In this document: positions 25,052 through 39,700 of the stretch, in pieces
Numbering within the stretch: position 1 is the first letter of the stretch
How the letters are laid out: each line of letters begins with the position of its first letter
Assembly (NCBI GenBank): GCA_002633005.1
Contig: NMRA01000003.1
Coordinates: 2,102,727 to 2,166,726 of the forward strand
DNA: 64,000 bases
Origin: Phoronis australis
Taxonomy: Eukaryota; Animalia; Phoronida
Direction of reading: 5' to 3'
Notes under the pieces: model-generated
What the model was told of the DNA's origin: nothing
Database searches by the model: none
What the model saw: only the letters and a program-made list of their open reading frames with translations
Translations under genes and position numbers: made by a program

Positions 25052-25791
25052 TAATAACACAAGAAGTTGCTATCCAATACTTAATAAGCATGAATCAGCT
25101 TTAAATCCTGACCACAAGAGGTCACCGGTATACACAGTAAAAGATGGGGAAGATATGTCTACTGTAGGAATTGACTAAATTGTTGATGTTTTATTGACTG
25201 TAGTGGTTTAAGCAGCCCATAAGAAAACCACTGCATATGAATTAGCATAATAACTGCAGACAAGATCTGGTAAAACATGCATCGATTAACACTTTATCAA
25301 ATGGAAATGTGTGCAATTACCATTTGCCTTAATTACTATGGCCGACATGTTCCCCATTTTTAAAAACTGTCACGGAACACAGAAATTGAACAGTCACTAA
25401 GCCTGCACCTCAAAACTAAATGAATATTTCAATGTCTCTTCATATACCAAATTAGGCAAAATGCCTTTTAAGACTCATGCACTGCTGAATTATGCTAAGC
25501 TGAAATAGCAAACTTTAAACCTGTAATATGTCAACTCAAAGGTGGTGTATATATCTCTTGAAGCAATCAATGAATTTCAATTGTTCCATGGTTATATCAT
25601 GACTAATTAGGAACGCTATTTCACTGTATTAAAAAAATAAAAGGGTTCCACATCCAAAACCAGGAGCACCGAGATCCAGGATTTTGAGTGGGGGGTGGGT
25701 GCAGGGCAGAGTGTTAGCCAGGATTTTGCCCTTCAGACATTCGCAACCCCCAACTGCCAAATGGAATCTGGGAGAATTTTAGGGGGGGCAT

Positions 25792-25826
25792 CAACAACAA
25801 CAACAACAACAACAACAATAATAATA
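25792..25826 (+). repeat. (CAA)n(TAA)n microsatellite
   Basis: Directly visible. Confidence 0.9.
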
Positions 25827-28543
25827 AACTGTGACTCCAGCAATTTGCAATTTTACGCATGAGCACTCCACATTCCTGCCTACAACTTTCATCTGTGTTA
25901 GTTGCGCCATGTCAAAGTTAAAGTCTAAACGCGACTCAAATTCTAGCCAGAAACCACAATTTATAGATTGGTATTAATTTGACCTATTTCTGAACAGGCA
26001 CCAGTGCTTTTGTAGATGTCTCGATTGTGTAACGGAGTGGTCTTAAGCCAAGCATAGCCATTTAAAAGTGAAAATTTGAAAATTTCAGGAATGAGCATTA
26101 GGGCAAATAGGCATTAAGTGAACACTGTCGAGTACAGTATCAGGGCTCAATTTGGCGGCTAGATGGTTGCCAACGCTGGACCTCACTTATGGTTTGGCAA
26201 CCTGGTAATAATCCTAGGGTCACCACTCAAGACAACACATACAAACATGCACTCAAAATACAACAGGAAAAAACAGCCTTCTGTTCAGAAACGCTAGGAC
26301 CTCGCTAAAAAGCAGGACTAAACGAGATTACGAGAGATACTGCAGTGTATTTTAAATGAAAACACGTAACTTTGGCTAAATTTTAGCAAGGTCCAAGCGT
26401 AGGTCCTGGCATTACTGAATGCACGCCAGATGGAAGTCGGATTTGTTCAGCAAAAAACAGAAGGGCTGTACGTGCTTGCCTACTTCAGCAGGTGGGTCGC
26501 CCAGGCGACCTTGGTTCACCGGATTTCACTTATGGTAACTCATTTCATTTTCAATGCCTGCCAACAAGATTTGGCGACCTCAATTCCTGTTTGCTGACCT
26601 GGGAATTTCGCCTGGTCACGAGTTAGTAATGACATTTAGTCACAATCTGATGGTGATTTACCTTTTTGTATGCTAGACAGCGATTTTTTTATTGTTACAG
26701 TTTAATACTGTTGAAAGCCAGAAAATGTAGTAAAAGCCATAAAACTATAACAACAAGTGATTAAGTTCACTGAACATGTATAGATTTCAGGCGATCATGT
26801 CAGATCAAAAGCAAGTTGTGATTAATTGAGCTCTCTTCCCACATCCAATACCTACATACATATAATTAGCAAAAGGCAGGACTGAAAAACAACATTCAAA
26901 CAACAGCAAAGGCCACTGAAATGCAAATTACAGCAAATATTAACAAAACTTAAAAACAATAACCTTAACAGGGAAAATTTTGATTAAAAACTCAGTTTGG
27001 CAAAACATGAATGGATTAGGCTCAGTAGTCCTAATGCCACCTGACAATCTAATTTCCAAGGTCCACGCAAACACCATTGACTTTCATATCTCTTACCAAT
27101 CCTGAAGAAAGATGATCAGCAACGAAATATTACGAGGTGCAGGAACGGAGATTTTTTTAACAATTGGCTATGCCACAAAAGTGCCTACACTAAACATGGA
27201 GTGTTGAGTGGATTAGAACAAAGTGTTAGGTCCCATTAGCAGACTATTGTCCAGGGGATATCAAGATCACACTGCACACCCAGAGGCTATCTTCCTTGTT
27301 CTAAATACAATGGCTCCAAAATCCCAATTGAAATTGAAGTGGCTTGAAAACATTTCATGAGAATGTAATTAATTAAATGAATACCAATATTGAAATTTAA
27401 ACTAATTTGTAAATCTCCATATTTGGTGCTGGAGCAAAATAACGGAGATCAAATGACCAGCAAGTGACTCGGTGTGAGCACACTATTTCAACGTAAACAA
27501 CACAATTGCTTTTAAGGATGAAAAAAACACTTCTTATAGTCAGGTAAGATACACTTCTTATTGTCAGGTAGACTTTGAACAGTTTGACCAGAGCTATAAA
27601 ATTCCTTTGTGTTTTGTGATTTTATCAGAAATCACAAACTCCCAAGAAGTGTTTCCAGTAATCTGTGTAGAATAAACTGAAATCGAGGCTGGCGACCTTG
27701 CCAGTTAAATACCTTTGATTTAAACTCTGCTCATCTCTATAAAAATGGTCTCAACTGGGGGGGGAGTCAGGGGACTTGATCAAACCCCCCACGGAAAAGG
27801 TCCAGCCCCTAAGCCTATCTGTTAAAGACAGGATATAGATGGACAACAGCAAAAAACTTGTTGCAGCTACTGGTACTACTAACAACCGTACAATGATAAC
27901 TTAGTGATTAATTTTGAATTTACTGGAAAAGCGCTTTGTTCGTAATCATCGGGCTGTACCCGGCCAACTTCACCCGAGTGATGTTTGCATACTGATGACA
28001 GGATTATGCAGACGATTTAGAGGAGGCTATTCATCGGCATTAAACGTGCATGGTGGCTACACCATATGGTAACAAGAGGAGCGTGAGAGGTAACAAAAAG
28101 TAGTACGGCATGAATGCCTTAAAATCAACCAAGAAACAAAATACCAGAAAATAGGTTAGTTATCTGCTATTTTGGTATACTTGCTAGCATAGTACAGTAA
28201 AGTGCAGGCATTTTCAAATTTCAAATTGAAAAAGATCGTCAAATGTTGTCCACAGTTGTGCATTTGTGGATTGACATGCAACGTGCCATTCTTTTAAATA
28301 CAATACACGCCGACGGTAAGTTCACTACAGGCAGTCCTCTGTTGTTGCTCAAAAACCAGTGTTTTCTTGCACTGAGACAACCATGACATGAATGTTCAGT
28401 TCACATTATTAGGGAAAAGTAGGTCTAAACTAACCTAATAAAAATTTGGTCAATGACGAAAGTCTTCTCTTGTCAATCAGTGTTACAGCCTCGCAGACTT
28501 CATATGGGCAACAAACTTGATGGTAATTATTTCCAAGATTACG

Positions 28544-30571
28544 TATCACTACTCCGAATGTCCACTACTCCGAATGTCCACTACTCCGAATGTCCACTAC
28601 TCCCAAGGTCCGCTACTCCCAAGGTCCGCTACTCCCAAGGTCCGCTACTCCCAAGGTCCGCTACTCCCAAGGTCCGCTACTCCCAAGGTCCGCTACTCCC
28701 AAGGTCCGCTACTCCCAAGGTCCGCTACTCCCAAGGTCCGCTACTCCCAANCCCAATGTCCGCTACTCCCAATGTCCGCTACTCCCAATGTCCGCTACTC
28801 CCAATGTCCGCTACTCCCAATGTCCGCTACTCCCAATGTCCGCTACTCCCAATGTCCGCTACTCCCAATGTCCGCTACTCCCAATGTCCGCTACTCCCAA
28901 TGTCCGCTACTCCCAATGTCCGCTACTCCCAATGTCCGCTACTCCCAATGTCCGCTACTCCCAATGTCCGCTACTCCCAATGTCCGCTACTCCCAATGTC
29001 CGCTACTCCCAATGTCCGCTACTCCCAATGTCCGCTACTCCCAATGTCCGCTACTCCCAATGTCCGCTACTCCCAATGTCCGCTACTCCCAATGTCCGCT
29101 ACTCCCAATGTCCGCTACTCCCAATGTCCGCTACTCCCAATGTCCGCTACTCCCAATGTCCGCTACTCCCAATGTCCGCTACTCCCAATGTCCGCTACTC
29201 CCAATGTCCGCTACTCCCAATGTCCGCTACTCCCAATGTCCGCTACTCCCAATGTCCGCTACTCCCAATGTCCGCTACTCCCAATGTCCGCTACTCCCAA
29301 TGTCCGCTACTCCCAATGTCCGCTACTCCCAATGTCCGCTACTCCCAATGTCCGCTACTCCCAATGTCCGCTACTCCCAATGTCCGCTACTCCCAATGTC
29401 CGCTACTCCCAAGGTCCACTACTCCCAATGTCCACTACTCCTAAGGTTCACTTAATCCCAAGGTTTTGTACCTTGAAAAGTTCAATACTTCGAATGTCCA
29501 CAATTCTGAAACCTGAACTCCGACAGATCATTACCCTGATTGTTTGCTAATGATTCGGAACTGAGATGAATAAAGTATTGCATTTGTGTCCATTTAGTAA
29601 CCATTTAAAGGGTGTGTCAGAGTTGAACAGTTCTTAAAAATGTTATTACATTGTTTACAAATGAGCTCAGTCCCAATCACTGCCAATCGTGATTCTTCAA
29701 TCTACTAATGACTTGTTCTAAAGCATGGACAACATCAGGGGCACGGCTTTTGGATGTGGCAACCAATGACTCTCCGACTTAGCGACTATGAAGACTGGCA
29801 GGGTCTGGGTAGCCTACTAATTACATTTAGTTTTGATGATTCGGCTGTGCACGTGGTTCTGGTGGGTAAGGGTGAGGCACAGCGACCCTTCTTAAAACAT
29901 TGATTACATTGTTTACAAATGAGCTGACAGGCCCAATCATTGCCGATCATAATTCTTGAATCTAAGGACTCCTTCTCAAGCAGGGACAACATCTGAGGCA
30001 CGGGTCAGGGCTGTAGCTATGGCAGTTATAAATTTGAGAAGACTGAATGGGGCTCTCTGACTTTCCGACTTTGAAGACAGGCAGGGACTGGGTAGCCTAC
30101 TAACTACATTTAATATTGACTGACTCGGTCGTGCACATGGTTCCGGTGGGTGAGAGTGAGGCGCAGCGGCCCTAAACTTTTCAGTCGCGCTGTGAAATGA
30201 TGCGACCTTGACATGGATTTGATGAATGTATTTTGGTTGAAAATTCATCAATATTCCTATTCTTTTAAAAATGCAAGTACGCACTAATTTTACATATAAA
30301 GACATGTGGGAAATTTTGTATGTGCATGAAATACAGACAAGCTGTTTTATATCTGGGCATTGTATTCAGTATAGGTACACCACTCAGTGGATTTACGTAA
30401 TAACCAAAGTATTGTTTACTTTTGCACGTAAAAGTATAAAAATTACACCCGAATCCGAAATCTTAGATATTTTCGAAGTAGTGAACCTGCGCAGTAGTGA
30501 AGCTTCAAAGCGGTGAACCTTTGAAACATTCGGAATAGTGAACCTTTGAAGTAGTGAACCTTCTGAATACC
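28544..30571. mobile_element. Foldback/MULE-like element whose left TIR is the expanded 16-bp array
   Basis: 30472-30571 carries inverted degenerate units (gaagtagtgaacctt) ending gaatacc; internal ~260-bp direct duplication 29631-29890 / 29890-30173; no TSD found. Confidence 0.65.
28548..29450 (+). repeat. 16-bp tandem array (tccgctactcccaatg)n, ~56 units as assembled
   Basis: Directly visible; the variant switches from aagg to aatg at the N at 28751; it explains the three long repetitive ORFs. Confidence 0.97.
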
Positions 30572-32817
30572 TGTAGTGGGCTGTTCCCATTTCTAGCGAT
30601 GTAAGCAACTTAAACACGCAAAAATGCAACCGAGTATGTAATGAGGTGTAATCACTCATTTAAGAACGCCTGATTTGAAAATTTGGCAGGAGGTAACGCA
30701 ACAACTTTCTTTTTCTGGATTACATTACATTCGAATTTGAGTCCCGCATTCTTTCCGAGCAACCATCACGGCATCCTTATTTCTAGAATTACAAATTCTG
30801 TCTCATCTCAGGAACTTAGAACTGAGTCATTGCTGTGTATACAGATTTCCCTTCCCCCTAATTAAGCTTCGTCAAGGGCCTTACTAAAACTCTACAGTGA
30901 CGACGTTTGCAAAATATCAAAGGTCCACTGTTCTAGAAATTTGAACCACCCTCCCTGCACAATGCTGGCTATGGGCCTGCTTCCTAAAATGAGAAGTGAT
31001 TTCTGGTTCTGCAATGAACTGACAGTTTGCTACTTGTTGGGACCATCCCTGACGCATAAAATGACATGCTAACCTGTGAACTCTGACCTCAAACAACTGC
31101 CAGTTGTTTTGAAGCCATGAAATCATCACCAATTTGACTAAGGGACAATCTGAGACCAATTTTACAACTTATAATTTTTGTGAGTGGAAAGTGGGTTTAT
31201 AGTTTACAGCCACCTTAAAATACTCGGAAACTTGCCACGTTGGGCACTAGCTCAACAAGTAAAGTGTTGGACTGCAACCGTTGAGGTTGTGCAGCCGTCT
31301 TGGAGTTGATCTCAAGAACGAATCATTGCCACCGATATCACTTTAAAACAACAGACAATCTTAAATTTTACAGCAGTGACTCATTATATGTCTTAATAAC
31401 ACAGAATTCACAACTCAAGAGAAAACTTGTTGATAACTGATACACAGCACTTGAAAAGGGCGTTCACAAAAAAACAATGTTATAAGAAAGTTAATATTTC
31501 CACAATATGAAGATAGCCAATAACAAAACTAGGAAATGAGGTTAATGTACTATTTCCGCCAGCAAAACCAACACCTAAAGCAATGGAATACCAGACTTAG
31601 TGGAAGGAGAAAGCTTCATCTGTATTTAATTTGTATATTTCAGCACAATGGCAAATGGTTCCAAGTACCACTTAACAGGGAAAAAAGCAACGATAATTAG
31701 CACACTAAAATGATAACAATGTAATGTTGTGATATAAAACTAACAAACTGTTGAAACTAATTGAAAATCATTAACAGACCCCAAAAGGAATCAATGAACA
31801 CTATTTGGTTCATAGAGTAACATTTAAACTTGCTGTCAATAAAGTTATAAATGCGAACAGCAAAAACAATTTTCTTAAAAATGGTCCTATGAGTATTATT
31901 AACATTTTCTTTAAGGCCAAGTTCAAGCCACCAATTTCAAACAAGAAAACAACACAAAGAAATACAATAAATCAACATTGAAAAAATTTATTTCACCAAG
32001 TAAAAACACTGAGCTCTAACTTTTCATAGTCATACATTTCTGGCAGACAACACGGTCCAGTTATGAGGATGGTGGATAATAGTTAATGTTAGACTGGCAA
32101 GTAGACAGTCTCGTGAAGCTCTTCTAAATGCGGGGCTCCTCCGAGGTCCCTTGACACACACATGGAATACTCTTTTAATGGATTTCTCAGGTTCTTTATT
32201 AACATCAATAATGAACTATTACCAGTAATAATGTTATCGACAATGCTGATCACACAGTAAGACTAGTCTGTCTAAAGTGTCATTATACGAAAACACGATA
32301 AAATCTCTCCAATTTAGGACACAATAAGGCAGACAATTGTAATTTCATTTTTTGTATAAAATATATGTAGCAAATCGACGTTTTTTCCACGATCAAACTG
32401 AATCACAGCTGCCACCGGACAATATTTTGAAAATTTACGGGTATACACAACAGAAGCCTTTGAAACATGAAAAAGAGCAAGTTGGACAAATATTTATATC
32501 TGACATTAGAAGTTACTGTACCATAATAATGACCAAAAATGAGGCAGGGGTAAATTAACCCATAGCACTTTACTATTGCTAAAACAGGATTTGTGGAATC
32601 AACAGGAACCACCACGCAAAACTTTGCAGAGCCTCTCATACCAACATCGAAACATTGATGTTTTGAGGAGTGGTGGTCGGTATCAATGGTTAACTTTAAT
32701 CTTGATTAGTAGCATAAGTTAGCTTTGCAGTAAATAGGAGGATTTAACAGTGGATTGCTGACGCTTTGACATAGTATGAACAGTTAATTTTGGTGTCATT
32801 GAAGTTTGCAGCAGGTG

Positions 32818-33297
32818 TAAGCGACCCTGATTTTTCGCGATAACGCAAAATGAGCAGAATTCACGTAATCTGACTCTCACGGAAGTAGGGGTTTCTAATG
32901 AAATTTATATATTTCAGTAGCTAATTCAAATATTTTTGTGTTTTAATTACAAAAAATAAAAATATAATCCAGCAAATTCCACAATTCTGGTCACAAATCA
33001 ATCAATGGCCGTTTTGCAGCCAACATGTTCAAATAGTTTTTTGTTCTTTCTGAAATAGTCACCGTTTTGTTTCCCGTTTTGAGAAATAATTAACATAGCG
33101 ATGCTGCAAGTTATTGGTAAAATGCACCAGTGCATAATTCATCAGTAAAAATAAAGCAACGTCCAAGTTATTTTTATGTTATTTATCACTCTGAAATAGT
33201 AAAACGAAATGTGCTAATTTACAAAATGAAAAGAATAAAATTTTACGCTTGCTAAACAGATTTCTTCGTTTTTGAAAACGGAAAATCAAGGTCTCTA
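32818..33297. mobile_element. hAT-like MITE with 6-bp TSD
   Basis: taagcgaccctgatttt ... aaaatcaaggtctcta; CAGGTG on both flanks (32812-32817, 33298-33303). Confidence 0.8.
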
Positions 33298-35930
33298 CAG
33301 GTGTCGCTGTTAATCGGCATGTGTTGTGATAGTAGATGATTTTTTTTTCAGATATTCACCACTCTCTACGACTATGAACCCTACACTTTATTTATTATAC
33401 GGCAATATATATGATGCTTCAAGCTAAAACTTTATGCTTGTGTAGTGTTTTCCGAGCACCATCTTGTGACAACTTCGATGAGCCATGCATCAAACTACGA
33501 TAACTTGTAACTTCGGTGTCCGTTAACAACTAAAACCCACCTGAACGGTTCAACAGACTTCACTGAGTTTACAGTCCCACCACCTCTTTACCACAGTTAG
33601 GTAGGACTAACTTGTTAGGAAAAACTCATTCCAACTTCATAGTCACATTATTGACTTTATCATAAACACAAAGACCAAATTTCACCTAATTAACATAAAG
33701 CAATCCCCTTACATGCATAAAATTAACTAATAGCTTAAAACAATTTAATGGACTTCAAAGGGATTAGCTGCAATAAACTGTTTCTGTCAACATGCTCAAT
33801 CATAATTAAACTTGACTTGTTAAGCTCTCAACACAAATATCTTGATACCATCCTAGTTCTTCAGCAATCCACTTTAATTTATCAAGATTCCACAATTTGT
33901 GGTTACACCCCAGTGTTTATAATCAACACCTTCTCTAATGTTCACAACACTTCTTTGTTGATAAGGACTGAGACAAACAGAGTCATCATCCAAAATATGT
34001 CCTCATTTAATTGGCTCACATGATGACCAATCATTACATAGGAGAGAAAAATACCTGCCCAAACTACAGTATTTCTGTTGATGGTACCATTAACGAATAA
34101 TATAATACCAATGATTAGATGTGAAAGCAGAGACATCTGTTGCTCACCAATTTTGTATTTTACATTTAGGCATTCAAATAAGGCATGGATTAATTTACTT
34201 GGTTAAATATGTTTACTGCTTCTTTTCAGTAAAAATTTTGTGAAAGGATTTTGACTGGAACCCAAACTGGTCAACATTTTAAACCAAATGATGGCTTTTA
34301 ACATGCAAATCAATTTGCCTTCAAATAAACCAGAATTAAATACATAATTTTTAAAATAATTTTTGGAGTTGCACCCTCAAAATGGTGGGCACAGTTGAAT
34401 GGCGTTGAATTCCACTTTTTTATGAATTGTCACTAAGAGAAAATATAAATACCCTACTTACTTTCTTATTTTAGCAGTGTTGCTCGATCGGTAAAACTTG
34501 CGAAAACATAAGAAAAAGTGTCTTTAAGACAAAGCACAGTCAAAATCATTCAAATGCTATTCACAATACAACCAAGCATCCATGCTACGCCAATGACATT
34601 CCCAATTTCTGCCATCATGTACAATTAAAAGTCTCATAAACTTTAATATGGACTTAATCAAGAGATAGCCCAAAGCCTTAATGAAAGCATAGTCTGACAG
34701 GTTGATGGATGGTCAGTCAACTGGTATATTAATTGGTCTGCTACAATAATTTGCCAGTAGTAATAAATCACAGTCTGGCATTATCAGCCCAATGCATTAA
34801 TATAACTGCCTAATTTACACAGAGTAAATATCACTCCAGTGTTGATTAAAGCTACTAATGCCCATGATTTACAATTTTAATATGCTAGACAGCCACATTT
34901 TGTGTGCTGTTTAGCCCCTCAAGTGGTACCACTAGAGGGCACTAGGCAATGGCCTACTCTGGCTTCCATTATGACATTGTGCATATAAAACTATATTCAA
35001 ACTAGTTTTCAGTTCAATTTGAACTAACACAAATTTCTCAGTAGTTGCAAAAAGTGTCTGGCCTAACACCTAATCCTTGAAATTGGGTCTTGACAGGTCC
35101 CACGAGTCAGGTGTTTTGTTCTGAATCCAATGAGCTAAATCTTCAATTGAAATATATGTCACGTATATGCAATCTTTACTATTATAAAACACATTGTATT
35201 GGACCAAAATATTGTCAATACATACCTGCCTGTATGAACGTATTTGGGCTCATACGGCTGCATACTGCATATAAAGCTGTGCCAATAACGAGATGTGTTT
35301 ACATAGGTAAAACACATGAGTAAAACCAAGGCCCAAGTTTCTAAAATATTGTGTCAACTTCACTTGTCCATTGACAAATGATAGAAAACGTTGTCAATAA
35401 AAACACAAAATAACACACATTCGTATCTGTCGATGCCTTTAAGTGAAGCCTAGGCACACGACTGAAAAGTTTTCCATAAAAATGCACAGGCGCAGGAGCC
35501 TAAATATGTGCAAAAATAGTACTTACCAAACTAACACTTGCCTATGGGCTTGTGTACTTTAAAGTTGCATTTATTGCATACGAAAGAAAAATTCAAGCAT
35601 ACGTAGCTATGTTCTGATGTTAAGCTCAGTTTTCAATGTTCTGACAGCCAAAAGACAACATGTTGGTAGGATTTCAATTCAACATCAAATTTAATCCCAT
35701 TTCGTATAAAAATTCCAGTTACTCTTTAGGAACTTTGATATTTCAAAGAGTCATTCATGAACACCAGAACTTGCAACACTAACAGTGACATGATTTCCAT
35801 TTCTTTCTTAATAACACCATTAGTTTGCTTTTTCTTAAGTTCATGCCCAACACTTGTCTCACTGGTTCTGTGAATACTTCAAAGTGACAAATCAACCCAG
35901 GTTGTGTATGGATTGATAACCATTATATAA

Positions 35931-36335
35931 AGTCCCGTCTACACACAGCCTTCATAAGGACAACTTGCACTAGTGCAACTTACCCCATTTTTGAGTGGAG
36001 CGTTCACACACTCATGTATCCAATAACTAGGGTAAGGCGGAAGTTGTTGCTCAGTGTGTGACAACACAAACACAAGTACGGCACGCAAAAGAAAACCCGT
36101 ATGCAAGTAATCGCAGCTAACAATTACTTTGCTGTAGGTTTGCGGCCACACAGGAATTAAAAGTGGCCCAAGTTACCCTAAAACAAGTTACCCGACCTCG
36201 ATAAGGTGGAGTAAGTTGTCACAAGTGGGCTAAGTTACACTCGTTTAAATAGCGTCCAGACTGAGCAGTCAAACCTAGCGACAATGCATTCCAGGAGTAA
36301 CGTGTTCTAGTGTAAGTATGTGTGTGGACGGCATT
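35931..36335. mobile_element. PIF/Harbinger-like MITE 1
   Basis: agtcccgtctacacac ... gtgtgtggacggcatt; TAA on both flanks. Confidence 0.75.
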
Positions 36336-36338
36336 TAA

Positions 36339-36785
36339 AGTTGCATTCACACAAGAGACAGCTGACATGGCACAGCTAACATGGAACAGCTGATCGAGTA
36401 AACGTGTGTGTGTAAACACGACTGACACGGAGCACGTGACACCTCCGATGGCCAGTTTTTGACACCTGTTAGACAGGTAGAGCGACTTGCACTGGATCAA
36501 TTGCTCCAGTTTCAACTACACGTCTAAACACAACTAGGGCAGGATGGAAAGGGATCATCTTTCAAACAGCTTGCGCAATGGCATACATACATGTGATCAG
36601 CTGGCATTCCACATAATTTGGACATTTGCTATTACTTATGCGAGCATGCGCAGACTGTCCTCGTGTAAGTAACTTATGCTGACCCAGTTTGCGATCTACC
36701 GTAATGTCATGTAAATGAGACTAAAGTGCAACAAGTCGCATCATCTCAACTGACACGGTGACAACTGTCTCGTGTAAAAGTGGCT
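36339..36785. mobile_element. PIF/Harbinger-like MITE 2
   Basis: agttgcattcacacaagagacagctgac ... gacaactgtctcgtgtaaaagtggct; TAA on both flanks. Confidence 0.7.
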
Positions 36786-39700
36786 TAAGAGTGTGCCACA
36801 TTGCAAGCGCCAGCGCAGCTAAAACAATGCACAAGCCTTATATTTTGCTCATTTTCCAATAGAGGTCCAACGGTCAAGAGTTCATACAGAACAAACTTGA
36901 ATCAGCCAATAACCAGGGGTTAAGGTTACAGAGCACCATAAAAAATGTCGAAATTTAATTACATTTGGAGCATCACAACTCACAAAATGGCAGATGGGAT
37001 TCAAATGAAACTTTCAGATACTATACTTCCTGCTCTGTTCTCAAAAACACTGCTAGGAATTGTTTTTAACACATTCAACATTTGCATGAAGGTTTATCAA
37101 GAAATAGGATCTTTATAATTCTTTAATTCAAATTGCATATAAAACGAAATGACCATTCAGAAAACTAACAATGTTCTTGAGATTTCATCTTGAAAATTTA
37201 AAAACAAACAAAGCCTGTTCATGCTATCAGGTTATTAATACTATTTTACTGTGAATGTAACTTATTTTTTGCTACGGTTTACTAAAATAGACCCGATCAT
37301 GTGATCACATTAATGGAAAATGGCATCAAGTCAAAAAATCTAATTTTACAGGCTTTCTACTTTCAGATAATACATACTTTTACTAAGTAAAAATTTATAC
37401 TTTTTAGATATATACATATATGGCTATATACAACTCGACTTAAATTTTCACAATCTCCGATAGTCTCATGCTTCCTAAAACATAATTTAGGGATTATAAT
37501 TTAAGTTTCCATATCACTGCATATATTATATACATGTATACATGTGTATTAACATAATGTAATGATGACTAGTGATGAAATAGTTTTTGACAGACAGTGT
37601 CGCCAATTGTTGCCGCCTCACTGCCTAGACATGACTGATTTACTGGAAAAGCTGTCAGGAAAGTTATAATTTGTTGTAATGTTAAACATAATAAACTGTG
37701 CAAGACACTCAATCACAACTGCCAATGAACAATGTGCACCCTGGGGTTAGAGCAAGAAATATGCAAATCATTACTAAGTGCTATTCTTGTGATTTTAATC
37801 TAAATTTGCATGACTCAGAACTGAAACTATGAAGCAAAAAACATCTATTATTTATTTCACCGTGACAAAATTCCGTGAAAAAATTCTATGTCGAAATTAA
37901 CTATAAATGTAAGAATGAAAAATTATCTGAAAGAATTTGGAGCTATCTCTATAAAATGTTCAACTTTGACAAAGACCCCCTCTAAGAGGCTTGAGATTCA
38001 CCTTGAGGTCAATTCCTGCAGTGAACAGATATAACACAGGACAACAATTACACAGAGACAAATTGTTTAAGAAAACATTTAAAGAGTGCTTGTTCCTTGA
38101 ACTTGAGATATATCAGTGCATACATAACAGGCTGTCATTGCATATACCCATTAGTCAATCTACCAATAGCATTCATCATATTTGTACAATACATTTCACA
38201 TATTTAGCACACAATATGACAGAACAAAGGAACTGTTTTTTTTGCAACGGTAAATAATTTTTCTAATTATACATTTACTGCTGTTTACATATTGGTGGTT
38301 GGGTTGTTGTCAATGTAAAGACTTAATTGCATATCTTTAGTAAATGAATTTCAGCTCTAAGCAAACAGCCAGCTGATGTCGCACAACAAAGCACCCAGAG
38401 TTCCCAGTCTGCGTGCCACATTAAAGCCACATTGTCTCATGCACCCTTTTACCTTCTCAAGGATGTATATTCCACATTTCATGCCACTTCTTGTGTCTCA
38501 GGTAGGGTAAACGACCAGAAATCATCTCATTCTGCGTCAACTACATGCCTTGACGCAAGCCAGTGACAAGGCGTAAAGGAACATCTCAATTGCACTTGCA
38601 CAGCAGCATATATATGAATCATTTTTCTACCATGTCTATGAATTGCTGTTAACTGCCTTGTCAGTTTTAGCTTCATTTCGTCACTGAATATAACCATTAC
38701 GCCTGCAACAACCTGTTCAAATGCAAAGCGCGATAGTTGGATTGTTGCGGGGGCCGAGGATGTGGACTGGACCCTCTGTTCAGAAAATCTATCGGTGGAC
38801 TAAAAAAAACAACAAAAAAAACGGGAACACGATCTGGGGTCTGAGCCCCCACCCCCTCATCCGCTACTGGTCCTAGTTACTGAACTCAATATTTACTCAT
38901 GCTTCACGCTGATTGTTATTTTATTTTTGCTTGCGGCAGCCAAGGGGGTGGGGCCTGGGCCCCCCTAAATTCGCCTATGACATGCACTGTATGCTCACAA
39001 TACCTGGAATTCTACATGGTTTTGTGTTTTACCAGTTGTTAACCTGAGCGTGCGCAGACTGGCAGATCCAGTTTCCGATATTGTTGTGTAAATAGCACTG
39101 ACACAGATCAACTCCCGCTGTGCCAACTTGCTTCAGGTCAAGAGGTTGCAACGTAAAAGGGACTATAGTAATTTGCAAACCCTGCTCCTTAATGTCTCCC
39201 CTGCGAAAGCAATCTCACTAAATCTCGTATCACCTGATACAATCTAATGTCCTTGAGGCAAGTTTTGAGGAACGTGATGTTCCATGATTTCTTTTTGATA
39301 TTGACTTTTTGCCCTTTCCGTACTGTCTTGAAACAATAGGTTGAACGCTCATCATACAGTTCAACAAGTTGCGTTTAAAAGGCAGAAAAGTTATTGTAAA
39401 TTTCCAAACTTTCCATTAACTTCAAAATTTCAGAAAATTATGTAATATGTGGATTAAGGTTCTATCTTTCAAAAATGTTCTGTTATTAGATTAAGCATGC
39501 TTCGCAGTAAACCCTCTAAAATGCGTGGTGAACATTAAACCCAAAACAGGAGATGAGGGTGGCAGACATCATCAGTATAGAGTAGATTTAACCACACGCT
39601 GAAATTACATTTTCATGTTTTGATAATCATGTTGATAACCTCAGAGCAGGAAAGTGTCAAAATACACAGAGGAAACATATTGGGATTGGAGGCTTCACAC

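Noticed and set aside
25254-25290. QTRSGKT, Walker-A/terminase-like
   Set aside because: Seven residues between nearby stops, with no preceding hydrophobic strand or downstream Walker B; chance level
28453-29550. Three long ORFs (365, 312, 284 aa)
   Set aside because: They are translations of a stop-free 16-bp satellite in all three plus frames, not a gene
34690-34830. DGWSV...HYQP similarity to the GSGW motif of Maverick-related PolB proteins
   Set aside because: Match too loose and no downstream exonuclease or polymerase motifs seen
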